A stretch of DNA of 64,000 bases from Kudoa neothunni (Eukaryota > Animalia > Cnidaria), in assembly GCA_964304625.1 (NCBI GenBank), contig OZ199838.1:9877741-9941740 (forward strand). Direction: 5' to 3'. Position numbers and translations under genes: made by a program. Positions 1 through 13,700 of this stretch are shown piece by piece. The notes under the pieces are model-generated. The model was not told the DNA's origin, made no database searches, and worked only from the letters and a program-made list of their open reading frames with translations. Position 1 is the stretch's first letter. Each line of letters opens with the position of its first letter.

Positions 1-849
1 TAGATTGATACCGTATTACAGTATCAACCAGCAATAGGTGTACTTGACAGAGTAAAATGTCTGGCCAACACTCAACTAGGGTTTAAGAATCTAATTATTT
101 TAATGAGTGTTTAAAGAATAATACTATATTTCGACTTAACTAATGAAAAAATCACCTTAGTTTAATTTGACGATATTTGATTTTATGCTTGCGAACTCAG
201 AAATTTAAAAGAATTTATTAGAACCCATTCTCTGAAGCTGAGATTACATGAAATAACATTGATTCATCCTTTAGATAAATTATAACGTTGACACTCATAC
301 AGAGAATACACTCCAATGAATTATTAATTTATCTAAAAATTACATTACAGACATAAAATGCGCCAGTTTGGTACGTTTCTACATCCAATAAAAGTTCAGA
401 TTTAGAGTTAATTTTTATCTGAAATTGGCGTATGCAACATTACAAGTTAATCTTGAAACTCTTTATTTTCTTTTAGCGTTCATAAAGTCATTACAATAAG
501 TGGTTAATTCATTTTTATTTATTAAAAAACATTTTAGATGATTTTTAGATCGAATCAGCCAAATAAATTTAAAATACGTTTAAATCTTTCTTCATTTATT
601 GACATTCAATATGTATAATTAGTGATCTAGGATACACACATTGTTTGGCTGAAAATATATTGTAAGATTTAGTGATTATTTTCATAATAGCAGTACATTA
701 TTTCATGCTTAATTAAATGAACTACAGCGGAAGCCATAAACTTTCTTATCAATTACATATACTTCGAGAAAATTTCAGTAAATGGATGCAATCCCGAGCA
801 ATGCATTGTCATATTAGAGTGAAGCACGCGTGAAACTAACTTTTCTTAG

Positions 850-1620
850 CCGCTCGTACTTGTTGAGTAATCATTATGCGGAGGAGCTGAGAATTAAACG
901 CAATTCTCTATAGCATTGGGTTTACACTGATACAGTATTTCTAAATCAAAATGCAACTAATATTTTAGAATGAAATAAACTTTTTGTGAACGTTTTCTAA
1001 ATTAAAATGCATTATTTTTATATCAAAAAGTAATTTTTACACGGCTCAGCAATACGTCGGGTCAAAACACACCTTTACCAAATCAAAATTGAATTAACAC
1101 AAATAAGCAAAAATATGTGGCATTGTACGTAAGAATGCGAAATAGAGTTATTCTGTTCATAGAAATAACTGATGTTTGTTTTATTTCTTATGGAATGCCT
1201 CAGGAATATACAAGTGAATAAATCGTTGAGTTTATTGATGCTCATAAATCAACGATTGGGTGAATTTTAAGACGAAACCAGTAAGTTATTTGTTTGGTCA
1301 GTAAACAAGTGGTGACAACCGATCAAAACTTTCTAATGTGCAAAAATTATTCAATAAAGGTTTAGTAGATGATGATTGCACAACAAGTTTTTCGAAAATC
1401 GTATAAAAACTAATTTTCCTACCAAGTTACGCCCCTTTTTTAGATCCAAGTAAGACATTTTCCATTATTTGACGTCAGTTGTAATAAATAATAATCCCTC
1501 CGACAATAAGAATTATTTCATGCGAATACGGAAGGACCAACTAAAATTATGCCACAACAATATTCAAACGACTACAACTATTCAGACTCATAGTATAATT
1601 GTTGTTTAAACTCAGAAAAT
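850..1620 (+). pseudogene. Degenerate Tc1/IS630-like DDE transposase remnant
   Basis: Broken frames give ILYSIGFTL (~900) and KLIFLPSYAPFLDPS (~1408-1450), resembling the LPPYSPxLNPIE motif of IS630/Tc1 transposases. Many stops; no clean TIR pair found; boundaries approximate. Confidence 0.45.
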
Positions 1621-3075
1621 ATTGCTAACTGGAAATATGCTTCATTTTAAGAAGGTTGCATGTTGATCTTATTCTATTGTAATAGTATGACACTCAACGC
1701 ATCTTCATAATCTAATAATGATTGTGAACGAATATTAAGTTTTCTCCCAAACTTAATAGTTTTCCTATCCAAAATATTTCGCCCAAAAGCCATTCAGTAA
1801 ATAGCAAGCCCATGCACATGGGAGAGTATGATAAATAAGCTAGACCTCCGATGGTTCGTAACTAGTTCGTCGGTGATGATCGTTGGTACTGAGGTTTTTG
1901 TGGTTGTGATCTATATTTTCGGACTTTACATATTATTGAATATTGTAAACAGACCGAAATTTGTATTTATAACCATCTTTTATTATGCGTGGTGCGATAC
2001 CAAACCAAACGATTATTATGGAATTATGTGAAGATTAGCATAAAAACCAAATTTAGCAAACAAATGAGTTTCGATGCAACTAATTAAGCTATCCACGAAC
2101 ACAGAATAGGATCGATAAACTCTAAAATACTATTAATTATATTTTATCCTCATCTTGAATGTAAATAAGATTGTATCAAGAAATGAATGAGAAATTCTCT
2201 TGAAAGAAGGTAAACAGAACAATCACTAGTTGCTTGGGAAACAGGAACATAGGGAACTGATTAGTTTGTTATAGTGGAACAATAGGTTCTAGTTTTGACT
2301 AGTTCTACATATACAATAACTCGTCCAGTATGGGCTAACAACAAACAACTCATTCAGGTCTATACATGGCAAGATTAGAGAAATAATCTGTGGTATTATA
2401 TTGAAAGATGTATGTTAATAGTGGTTAAATTATTAATAGAAATATTCTTGTTGTAGCAATTACTATTTTTTACAGTGAAATAAACTATATCGGCTTTAAT
2501 TTAACTTGACAAACAATTCCAACAGGTAGCACATTGGATATCAAATATAAATTGTTAATATGAGATTGTTTGTTGTAATCAAAACTATAAATGAGGTCAT
2601 AAAACTTATAGAAACAGCTTGAAAATCAATCCACGAAACAAACGCTGGAGACAAACTATATATCCTCACACCCATGTTGCGCACATTACGCAACTATAAC
2701 AAAGACTATTGTGTCAAAGAGTTGCATACAAAACTGACACTTTGTTGCTCTTCGCAAAATAGTTATAAAAGCAATGTGAACATTTTCCTCGAGAAAAATT
2801 CTAGTTAACTAAGAAACTCTCCAGCATATTACAATAATCATTGGGTTATTATATTTTATCTAATCCGATAATGGAACAGCCCTATTGTCGATATTATGAC
2901 AGAATATAATTTTTTTACAACAAAAATGATCTATCAATAAATTTAAAAAAAATTTTCTGGCAATGATTACATTGGTTATCAACCATTACAATTTAAAAAA
3001 GATTTGAAAACATAGGTGCGTGAGCAAATCAATCAGAATAGGCTACTAGTTTTGGGATTTGTCAATTCAGTTCTA

Positions 3076-6000
3076 ATGTTGCCAGAATACGATTTCTTAG
3101 CCGTAACACCCCTCAAATTTGTTATTTGTGCGAGAGTGAGCCGATTTTGTAGATGGTTGAGGATAGTTTCAATGCTGGGTTCTATTCTGATGCGATTCAA
3201 CTTGCGGAAATTTATTTGGCCCTCGTAACAGCTGATCATCAAAGTAATGTTAGAATAGATATATGTTGATATAGACCAAATTTAAACTATTTTTTCATTT
3301 TTCTACAATAGATGCTGCTGATAATGAGGTGAATTCGAAAGTTTTGTTTTATTTGGCATCAGCCTATCATTTCAATGGTTTCACTGAGCATGCAGTTACC
3401 ATTTTGGAGAATGAGAAGAAGCTGAGTCAACTGAATTCATTTTTATTGGCTAATTATTATTTCGTTTTGAGAAAGTATGTTTAATAATTCTTCTCAGCAG
3501 CATGGATTTATCATTGTTTGCTATAGCTATGAGAAATTTATTTGTTTCTCCATCTCTAAAATATCGTATCGACCAGAGAGTGACAACGGCAAAAAAATCA
3601 CTCAAAGGTTTGGAAGATATTCAGGATTTGTGATGAAGCTGCTCTCACAACATTTTTAGTATTTTGATAATTTGCTTACAATAATGCTAAACAACGATAT
3701 TAATTTAGTTCTATAAATAAAACTTCACAAGCTGAATCAATGTTAAACTTTTCGTTGGAATGGAGTCCATTTCTTATTTCCTCATTGACCCGGTCGATTC
3801 AGCAAGGTCATTGTTATTCTCGTTTTTTATTTGAAGTGTGAGTTTGGATCGATTTTAGATGGGAATCGAAACCCCTATGATCACTTTAAAAATTTTATTA
3901 AACCCGGAAGAAAACGCACATCAAGTGATCTCGATCCTAAACCCACAACGTTAGCCAGTGTTCAACACAACAACCGCACCGACAGTCCAAAGTTTGTATC
4001 TACTGAATCGCAATTTGACGGTAGAACCGATCCACTCAACTACAATGAGAACAATAATGCTGGCAGTGTTCCATCGAGAATCAGTTCCGAAAGAAATATC
4101 CATTCACCAAAACAAATCATTGGCACGCTTGCTGCCAGCACACCAATGAATGTTGTTGCTGTTGGAAACAACAACACTAACAACGTCGTTAATAGTTCAA
4201 TATTTCATTCGACCAAAAATTACGAACTAAATAGTGTAGGTGCATCGGTAGGCAGTGTCATCAATGCGCCTACACCATTTTCTACCAATCTGAATACCAA
4301 TTTCGATCAAACTACACTCGGCGAAAACACCAATAAATCGTTATCATCAACAACCACACACTACAAAACACCTCAGCCTCGCTTTAATCTTCACCAAGGT
4401 TACGACCAGGTTGGCTACAGAGAACACATCGTTAGACCTAGGGTTGTTCAGCGCCCAAAAATGGTTCATTTTGAGGTATTATTATAGTTGTTATTGTATG
4501 TGATTACACTTGTGATTATTACGTCTTACTATAGGAGGATTATAAAGAACCTAAGACACCAAAAAATATCCAATTAAATATATCCTCGTCATCCGAAACG
4601 AATCACTCATACACAAGCGAGTCTCTTTCGTTACCCGTTCCTGATATAAATACTAACGATTCCAATATGAATCGTAAAAATGATAATTTTGAAAACTTAA
4701 AAGTCGGCCAATTTCAAGACATTTTAGATCCAGTTGGTACCAATGTCAGTCCCACAAACAGTAGCAGCACTTCAAGACAAGTTTCAATCACAGAATTATC
4801 TGCTAATAATTTTCCTGAAATTCGACCAGATTTTTCTCCTCCCTCCCCTTCCCCCTCCTCCAGGGCCTACCGCCCATTACCTGACAGTATTCTAAAGGAA
4901 GGAGCATCTTCGCCCCTATTCTGCGCAATTGTGGATGTTTTATATAAAGCCACTAAAATTCAGTATTATTTGCTTCGATATGATTGCGACAAAGTGATTC
5001 GACTATACGACCTACTTCCACTACCTGTCCGAGCACTTCCAACTTTTATGTCAACCTTGGCGGTGGCTCAATTCCACAAACATAACTATAATGCTTGTAT
5101 CAACACTTTTCGACGGTTGCATCAAGATTTTCCATTCTATTGTATTGGATTTGAATATTTTTCAACTGCGCTTTGGCACAACAAGGAAGAAGCTCTTTTG
5201 GAAAAGCTCGTTGTTTTCCTCAAACGACGCTTGCCAATGTCTGCACAGGTATATGTTCGTCTAGTTTATTGTTATTTGAGTGCGCGCTTGATCTCATTTG
5301 ATTTATATTTAGACGTGGATCGCCTGCGGAAATTATTATAGCCTTTTAAATCGACATGATATCGCCATTCAGTGTTTCAAGCGTTCTCTACAGGTAAAAC
5401 TCCTTGGTTATTTATATGACATTGTTCGCATGATCTTTGCGTAAACAATGTTGTACTTATTTTTCTGTATTGCTAATGCTTTTTTTAATAGCTTGACCCT
5501 AAAAATGCATATATTTGCGCGTTACTTGGAAAGGAGTACTGGAATTTGGATCGCGTGAAAGAAGCCTTCATCAGCTACAAACGCGGCCTACTGATCAACC
5601 GATATTGCTATCAGTTGTGGTATTTGTCTTCTGAAGCACATATGCACAAACAAAAATTCCTCCTCGCAGAACAATGCATCAATACTGCGATCACAATCAA
5701 TCCATATGACCCTGTTGTGTGGTCTATGGCTGCAGCTGTATATACTGCATTAACCCCCATGAATAAATCTTATCTCTTGTCTAGGTTGACTACGCAAACA
5801 ACCGCTTTATCCCGGCCATCAACAAAATAGATCGAGCTCTAGAGTTGGATGCAAACAATGAATCATTCCTCATTTTCAAAGTCAGTGTTTTGATGAGGAT
5901 TAAAAAGTGGCCTGAATCAAGAGATATTCTACTTGCAATTATCGACAAGAATAAAAACACTGATAATGCCATCCAAATATATCTTCAACTTGGAAAGGTA

Positions 6001-6321
6001 TTTTTTGTTATAATACTATAATACAGAAGGGAGTCGTCGCCTTGTTACTAATCGATCGATTATTTCTGTCCAATTTAGATCTATTCAAGTATGGAAGACT
6101 TTGAAGCCGCTGAACGCTATCTCACCAAATGTGTAGACTTGGATCTTGGAGGAGTTCATTGTGCCGAAGCCAGGAGAGTTATGGGCAAAATTGGGCTGCT
6201 TCAAGGTGGGTTGTCTTCTAGGAAAAACTCCTTTTTGGATATCCAAAGCGAAAACTATGTATCTATCGAATTCAAACCCGTAGAGGGCATGCTAAACTTC
6301 ATTATGAGAAGAGAAAAATGA
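3076..6321 (+). CDS. CDC27: Anaphase-promoting complex subunit 3 (CDC27), ~11 exons
   Basis: Spliced N-terminus MLPEYDFLA|MVEDSFNAGFYSDAIQLAEIYL...VLFYLASAYHFNG matches the CDC27 N-terminal TPR domain (introns 3103-3152, 3244-3311 etc.). S/T/N-rich linker in ORFs 3831 and 4667. C-terminal TPRs FRRLHQDFPFYCIGFEYFSTALWH and TWIACGNYYSLLNRHDIAIQCFKRSLQ-LDPKNAYICALLGKE. Stop at 6319-6321. Confidence 0.88.
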
Positions 6322-7149
6322 AAATTTCCTTATTCATTTCCGTAATGAATTCGGTGTGTTAACTCCTTTGTTTATTGAAATCCAAATCATTATATATCGG
6401 TTTTTTTTCTTTAATGCTTGTATGTTTTTTGCGCTAATCATATGTGTGTTACCATTCAATCTAATTTCCTGTCAAATAACAACGAGATTCGATTTTTATT
6501 TATTCTAGGCATCTCGTGGGCGTTTATTTTACGCGTACTACAGTGTCATTATATTTGGCTTTTATGTTATGTTATTTTATTTTTAATTAAATTTATAATT
6601 GTTAAACTATTTAAAATTGTGTTTTAATTTTGAAGTGTTTAATTACACATAACAAAAATATCAAAAATCGGTGGTATAACTGTAGCAAATGTGTCAAAAT
6701 AAATTTATAACAAAATAGATTTCAAAAGAATACTATAATATTATGACCAAATTGTGTTAATCAATCTAAATTCACCACCAATAAAAAAATAAGACTTGCA
6801 TTCCCTATGAATGACAAAGTCCATTCCATATAATTTTCAAGGTCAAATATAAATATGAAAAAGAAATTAGAATTTAAACTTAAATAACTTGTCTAGTTGG
6901 GGGTATTTATAAACAAAATTGAAAAATCTTTAATGACATCCACAGAATTATCAGATTTTAGCTTAAATTATTTAATTTTTGATAACAAACCTACCTACAA
7001 TTTATTCGTATGAACTGACAATATTATGTAATTTTATTGATTGTAGTGTTTATCCATATAAAATTAAGACAAAAAAATATTTATAAACATTTTTGAATGA
7101 TTTATCTAAATAGCGACTATTCACCATTGCATCAAGAAAAAAATAGGCT

Positions 7150-7750
7150 CAAGCTAACGCTCTCGTCAGAGCTAACGAAACGTATTTATCAGCATTAAAG
7201 ATACCTTCTATACTGAGAAGACCTTTATTGCATCCGAACATCAGGTGGAAAACATTGGTCTAGAGGGTCTTCAAAAAAGAATTCAAAGAAAGCCATGGAC
7301 AGATATCCTAGTGGTGTGATGAGTAGACTCAATATCGAGAAGTAGGGTGATTCAATTCCCGATATCAGTCATCCTATTGTTTCTGTAATAGTGCCTTCAT
7401 TTAGTAATGTAATAATAGCTGTTTTTAGGATGAAATTGCAATATAATGTGTAATGTCACTTGCAGTTTAGTTCAATTTAATAGAACAGGTTGAATTAGAT
7501 GTTTGAATAGACGAGGACGCAATAACGGGTAGAAATTGAATTTTTCGTGGAAAGAATTTGGAATTACTTTAGAAACGAGGGTGTTTTAGCGATTGAAACT
7601 CTCACATTACCATAGAAGGATTAAGGGGCTAGGTGGTAGATGTTATTCGTCCTGCGATGTCTAAAGCATTAACAGGGATGGCTTAACCAGCCATAACTCC
7701 ACAACTTAATATGTTGTGCCAAGGATCTGATCTTGCAAATAGGAAAGATT
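7150..7750 (-). mobile_element. Probable decayed non-LTR retroelement fragment
   Basis: Locally higher GC. Minus-strand translation gives LFARSDPWHNI and PRLFKHLIQPVLL, reminiscent of post-RT motifs of LINEs. Heavily interrupted. Confidence 0.3.
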
Positions 7751-7809
7751 AATTGTAGATGAATCGGATATTTTTCATATAATCTTGACAAAAAACATTT
7801 TGACATTTA

Positions 7810-8297
7810 CCATGTTTCTGCGAAAATAAGAGAGGTCTTATATTTTTTTTTGTTTAGTAAAGAGCATTAGGTCTTATTTTCGAGTTAAGTCTTATCTTTA
7901 TAATAGAAAAAACTTTATATGCATTATTCAACTCATGTAACAGAATTTAAACATATTTTTTTAAATAGACAAAATAATATTTGTATTGAAAGAAATATGA
8001 TGTTGAACATATAATTTGATAAATGTTCTTGTTTTCTTTAACAATAAAGACAAATTATAACACAATCCGAAAATTTACATGTTCAATTAATATTATACCT
8101 TTAAAATAGTTATTATTATTATTATTAACTACCCAATAAAATCACGGTATTAAGGATATTCTGTTATATAATTCAGAGTATCCATATGTTTAGTATTTTA
8201 CTAGGTATTATTTTTAGGGTAAGTTATATTAAAAAATAACTCAAGAATACCATTAGGTAATATTTTCGAAGTAGGTCTCGTAATCTGGGAAACGCAG
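7810..8297. mobile_element. Pogo/Tigger-type MITE, family copy 1
   Basis: TA-flanked degenerate TIRs (ta|CCATGTTTCTGCGAAAATAAGA ... GGGAAACGCAG|ta) and internal repeated AGGTCTTATTTT motifs; similar to copies at 17548 and 43052. Confidence 0.6.
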
Positions 8298-10194
8298 TAC
8301 TAAACACTTGAAAACATTCTAACCAAACAAAAAAACGTCTGATATTTCTTACATAAATTTCTTTTTAGTGCAATTTATATAAAATCTATGTTTATTTAGT
8401 TAATTAAGTCACAAATATATCAAATTTATTAATATGAAAACGGTTTCATACTCGACAGAAATATCAAAACTTTTGTCTTGGTTAAACTGTACAGGCTGTG
8501 TATATAAAACTGTTGTTTTTACGTCCCCAAATTTATGTTTGCTAAAGTTATAAATTTATATATTAAGTAATATTAGGCAATTAATCAATACCAAAAGTTC
8601 GCTTGTAGCATATTAAAACACAACATACAATGTATGCGAGATAACGTCGGTTGGAATCAACAATGATCTAAGTAAATTAGGGGATTTAAAAGGTTCATTT
8701 TAATAAAAATACATGTAGTTATTGAAAAAGAAACTTTATTTATGTAAAGATATTTTAAAATAAATAGTATTATCCCGATTTAAACGTCATTTAGTTTAGA
8801 GTATTTCGTTATGAGGTGATACAAAGACGAACAAAAGTTTTCTGCGTGAAGCTATAATAATTAATTATTTAATTTTATATCCACAGCTGATAATAATTTT
8901 TAGTTGTTAACGATTCGTAATGTTAGTCTGAAATACAGTAAGGTAGTGCTTTTGTTAAATTTCACAATTTTTTCACTCATGTTCCTAAATCGATCCAGTA
9001 TAGAACGGGTATCATTTGCAATCAATTTGACAATTTATATTTTTTATTGAAATTAATTTAAAAATTATTAGTAGATCACCAAATAGAACCAATTGTAAAA
9101 AATGCTCAATTTATTTACTATAAGGTAAACAAAGTTTAATACTTGAAACGAGAGATGAACGTCTGCTTAAAAACTATTGAGTTACAAATACCTAATTTCT
9201 AACTTAAAAATTGGCGTAAAAATTTCTTGAACTTCGACGTTAAAATCTGCTTAGCTACAATTAAGAGATATCAACTTTTTAATCTTTATAGTGATGATTT
9301 ACCTGCATCCTTAGATTACTACGATGTCTAAATAATTCATTTACATAACACAACCCAGAGTTCTTAATTTAAAAAAATTCTATCAACATTACAACAATAT
9401 TGTATATGGTTTGCTGATGTGATAGCTCCTCGAAACCCTAAAATTAATTAAATCGAGAACCCACCGAATGAATTAATTCTAATCTGAAAGTTTTACTATA
9501 TTTTCCAGCATTTTTTATTTGTTGTAATAAATCTCAAATGTTTTTTAAAAGTCATACTAACCTTCAAAGATAAGAAACTACAGTCAGTGACCGATTTTAC
9601 TAACTTTTTAGAAAGTGACACAATTTCAATAATAAAATGTAAAATCTATATGTAATATTTTTTTGAATTTTTTTATTAAAGAATTTGGATCTAAGTAATA
9701 TAATAAGATTGAGAAATTCCCAAATTATTAATCACGTGATTGGTGGGGTTTACGCACTTTATTCGGCATGTTTTTAAAATAAATAGGTGAATTTTGTTTA
9801 ATGTTAAGATGAATTAAATGAAAGGAATAAAAATCAAATCGAAACAAAATAATTAAATATGTCCATAATATCTCCCCCAAAACTGCCAAATTTGTTGCTA
9901 TAAAGCACCAAACATATCCTGTATATCAAATCCTTATGGCACCTTAAAAACACAAATACATTGTTCAAATGATTGAATACAACCCAATTATTGAGGTAAT
10001 TTGCGATTTTAATAAAACGAGTTTAAAAATAATCAATTTTGACAAAAAAGGATCGATCGATCATGATCGCGATGGTGAAAGTCATATTTCAAAATATTTG
10101 GAAGAATATTTTATGTTCAAAACAATTAATTATTTTATTTATAAGTGAAAGAAATTATTCGTTTCTTAAATGTATGGAATTCGATTATATTAAA

Positions 10195-10517
10195 CTAGCG
10201 CAAACCCTGGCGTGGGCTAAGGTCTTTTTTATCTACAAAATAATTGTGTATAGATAGCGCAAGATCAAGTTTACGCGGGGGTTCTTTCCCGGATTTGTCT
10301 AATTTGAGAAGATAATTTGTTATTTAATGCGTGAAAATTGACGAAAATACAAGTAAACTATAATACAGGATATAAAATTTGTTTTTTCAACAATATTTGC
10401 AGCACGTCAGGTGGATTTAAATGAGTGTAACGTAATAATTTTGTTTTCCCAATTTAGATTAAGGTTAGACTACAAATTTATAGTATGTGTACAGACACGA
10501 ACCATAAGTCATATCGA
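10195..10517 (-). mobile_element. Short non-autonomous Helitron
   Basis: Minus strand ends ...AGCCCACGCCAGGGTTTGCGCTAG|T (CTAG at 10195-10198), similar to the 3' end of the 26855-27554 element. Putative A|TC start at 10517 followed by TTCGTGTCTGTAC. Confidence 0.4.
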
Positions 10518-10799
10518 TTATTTGTCACTTAAAATTTTATTTAACCAAAATTTATAACTGAAAGGCCCAAAATTATTCAATTCAGATCATACGATATTAA
10601 ACATTAAAGTAAAAATTATTAAAGGCTAGATAAATGAAGCATCACTAGTTATGAATCAAGAAATTAACCAAAACATGAAATTAATACGGAGTGAAATATT
10701 AGTTGTTTCAATTTATATGCGCAAAAAAATAACACCAAAAATAAAAATAATCTAAAAAGTAATCTAATAAATAATTTTTTAAGATAGATTTGAGGTAAA

Positions 10800-13700
10800 G
10801 GAGTTTGAAGGGAGGTAGATGATCAATAGAAGACAGGAAGAGACCATTGAAGAACGAAACTCGCGGAGAGAATCGAAAAGATTACGTCAGTAAGTTGAAC
10901 GATCTCAAGATAGAGAACAAGGTAGGGAGCAAGGGGGACAAAGAAACCATATAGCAAATCAGAATCGATGTATTCTCACAATTCAACAAAATGAAGCGAG
11001 ATTTCTGGAGAACAAAATCAAGTTGATTATCAGCATGGAAATATAACAGAACCACCACAGAACATGGTGGTTCAACGTTATCAAAGAGAAAATAATTTAA
11101 CTGGTGTCTCATGGAATACGGCTGCTTTGAGTTATGACCCCAGACCAATTACTCAAGCGACAAAAATGTAAATATAGGAAAAATGAATAATGTCTGTCCG
11201 ATGTGTTTTGCTAAAAAATGGCCAAACGAATCGATTGGTTTATGTTGTTCTGGGGGAAGTTAAGTTAGATATTTTATCTGAACCCCCGTCGTTATTGAGA
11301 ATTTTGTTAAGTAGAGAAACCGATGACTCTAAACGCTTTTTGAAAAATACCAGGAAATATAATAATGCATTTCAAATGACATCTTTTGAGACAGAAATTG
11401 TTTGTGAACCTAGTTTTATGCCACATTCAAAGTTGGGGGCCAAATTTCTCATAGAATAGGATCCCTATTACCTCTGCACATTGAGGAACCAAGGTTCTTA
11501 CAGTTGTGCTTTGTGGAGGATCATAATTTACAGGCTCAGAGCAGAACGAACATATATCCCGAATTAAGATATGATATTGTTCGGGAATGCAACATATGCT
11601 ACATATGCGCCACAGCTATATCGGTAGCTTCAAATATGCGTTGGAAATGCAACCCTCGCATGACTTTAAAATAGTCATTGACGCTGATAAACGTCCTGAA
11701 TGAGGGCACTAAAGACGATTTAATGCACCACTATGCAATGAGGTTGCCGTTGTTATGTCAGATCAACAACACGGGAAAAGAGACATTGTTTTGAGGACTA
11801 AACAGAATATACTCCAGCGAATCAATGAAAAGCATCAATCATATGATCCATTGCAATACCCATTAACTCAATTTAATTCACATTAATGGCCAAGGTGGTT
11901 ATCACTTTGGTATTCCTCAGGTTGGGACAAATAAAATTGTCTCATGTAAAGATCATTATGCTTTTCACTTAATGCTAAGAGAGAATAATTTCGATACATT
12001 ACACCATTTCCGGGCATTATTTCAGCAATATGCCGTGGATATGTTTGCTAAGATGGAATCTGAGAGATTATGTTACATTAGAACTCATCAGAAGGAACTT
12101 CGTGTTGACTCTTGTATACAGTTAAGAGATAGTATATGTAATGATGGTACTCATATTGAGCGGGGGCAATTGTGTATTCTTCCATCCAGTTACACAGGGT
12201 CACCCCGCTATACGCATGAAAAAACGCAAGATGCGATGACCTATGTTTGATGTTCCGGTCGTCCAGATCTTTTTACTACTTTCACATGTAATCCGTTGTG
12301 GAGTGATGTTAAGGACGAATTGTTCACTGGTCAGACTTCTAAAGAAAGACTTGATCTAATGGCTAGCGTGTTTAATTTAAAGTTAAAGGCACTCATAAAA
12401 TTGTTAACGAAATTCAAGGTCTTTGGCCAAGTGCAGTCCTACATGTATTCTATTGAATGGCAGAAAAGAGGTCTTCCACATGCTCATATATTATAATGGC
12501 TCAAAGAAAAACTACGTCCAAATGAAGTGGATAAATTTATATCGGCTGAATTACCGGATCCAACTAAAGATTCAGAGTCATATCAGATTTTAAGTAAACA
12601 AATGGTCCATGCATGAAGGGTGGTAAATGTACAAAGAAGTATCCGAAACGTTTTATCGCAAAACTCAAACTGATAAAGATGGCTATCCACTTTACAGAAG
12701 ACGACAACCTGGTCATAGTATATTCACTACAACTCTCAAGATGAAGATTGGCCATGATGTGGTTGTTAATAATACATGGATTGTACCACATTGTCCGTTA
12801 TTATCGAAGATATTAACTGCACCTATAAATGTTGAGTATTGTAACTCTGTCAAGTCCATTAAATACGTTTGAAAGTATGTTAACAATGGGTCTGATGCTG
12901 AAACATATCGTGTTAATCAGCCAAATAATGTTGACTAAGTCATCAGTTACCAAACGGGATGATATATAAGTAGAAGCGAGGCATTTTGGAGGATTGTTGG
13001 TTTAGATATACATAATCAATAACCGGCAATCCAACATTTAAGTGTGCATTTGGAGAATGGGTAGAGGATATATTTTACCTAAGAAACTTTAGTGGATCAG
13101 ATTAAAAATCCAAAAGATACAACATTGACAGCGTTTTTCAAAATTTTCCAGCATGATTCGTTTGCACAAACTCTATTATATAACCAAATTCCCTCTTATT
13201 TCATATGGAAAGATAACGAATGAGTTCGACAAAACAGAGGAATTCCTGTAGAGGGTCATCCTGATGTAAAACTTGATAATACGTTGGAAAGAGTTTACAT
13301 TGTACATCCGAATTATAGTGGATGCTTTTACACGAAATTAGAGGAACAACGTGTTTTCAAGATCTTCGAATATTTGATGGTCAGCTGTACTCAACATATA
13401 GAGAGGCATGTATGAAACGTGGTATGCTTCAAGATGATAATCATTGGAGAACACTTTAAACGAAGCTGTTGTTACTAATATACCACATCAATTACGACGA
13501 CTTTTCGTTCTATTATTAAGAACATACGAATTGAGTTGTCCATACAATTTGTGGATGAAATTCAGAATTGATATGTGTGAAGATTATCGACATCAAATAC
13601 AATTACAAAATCTTGGCGCTCATGTGGAATGCAACTCGATAGTTTTCAACATGGCATTTACCGATATAGCAAATGTAGTTATTGAGATGGAGGGTAAAAC

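Noticed and set aside
1828-2031. Short hydrophobic ORFs (1828, 6418, 34182, 44704)
   Set aside because: F/I/L-rich composition is expected by chance in AT-rich non-coding DNA.
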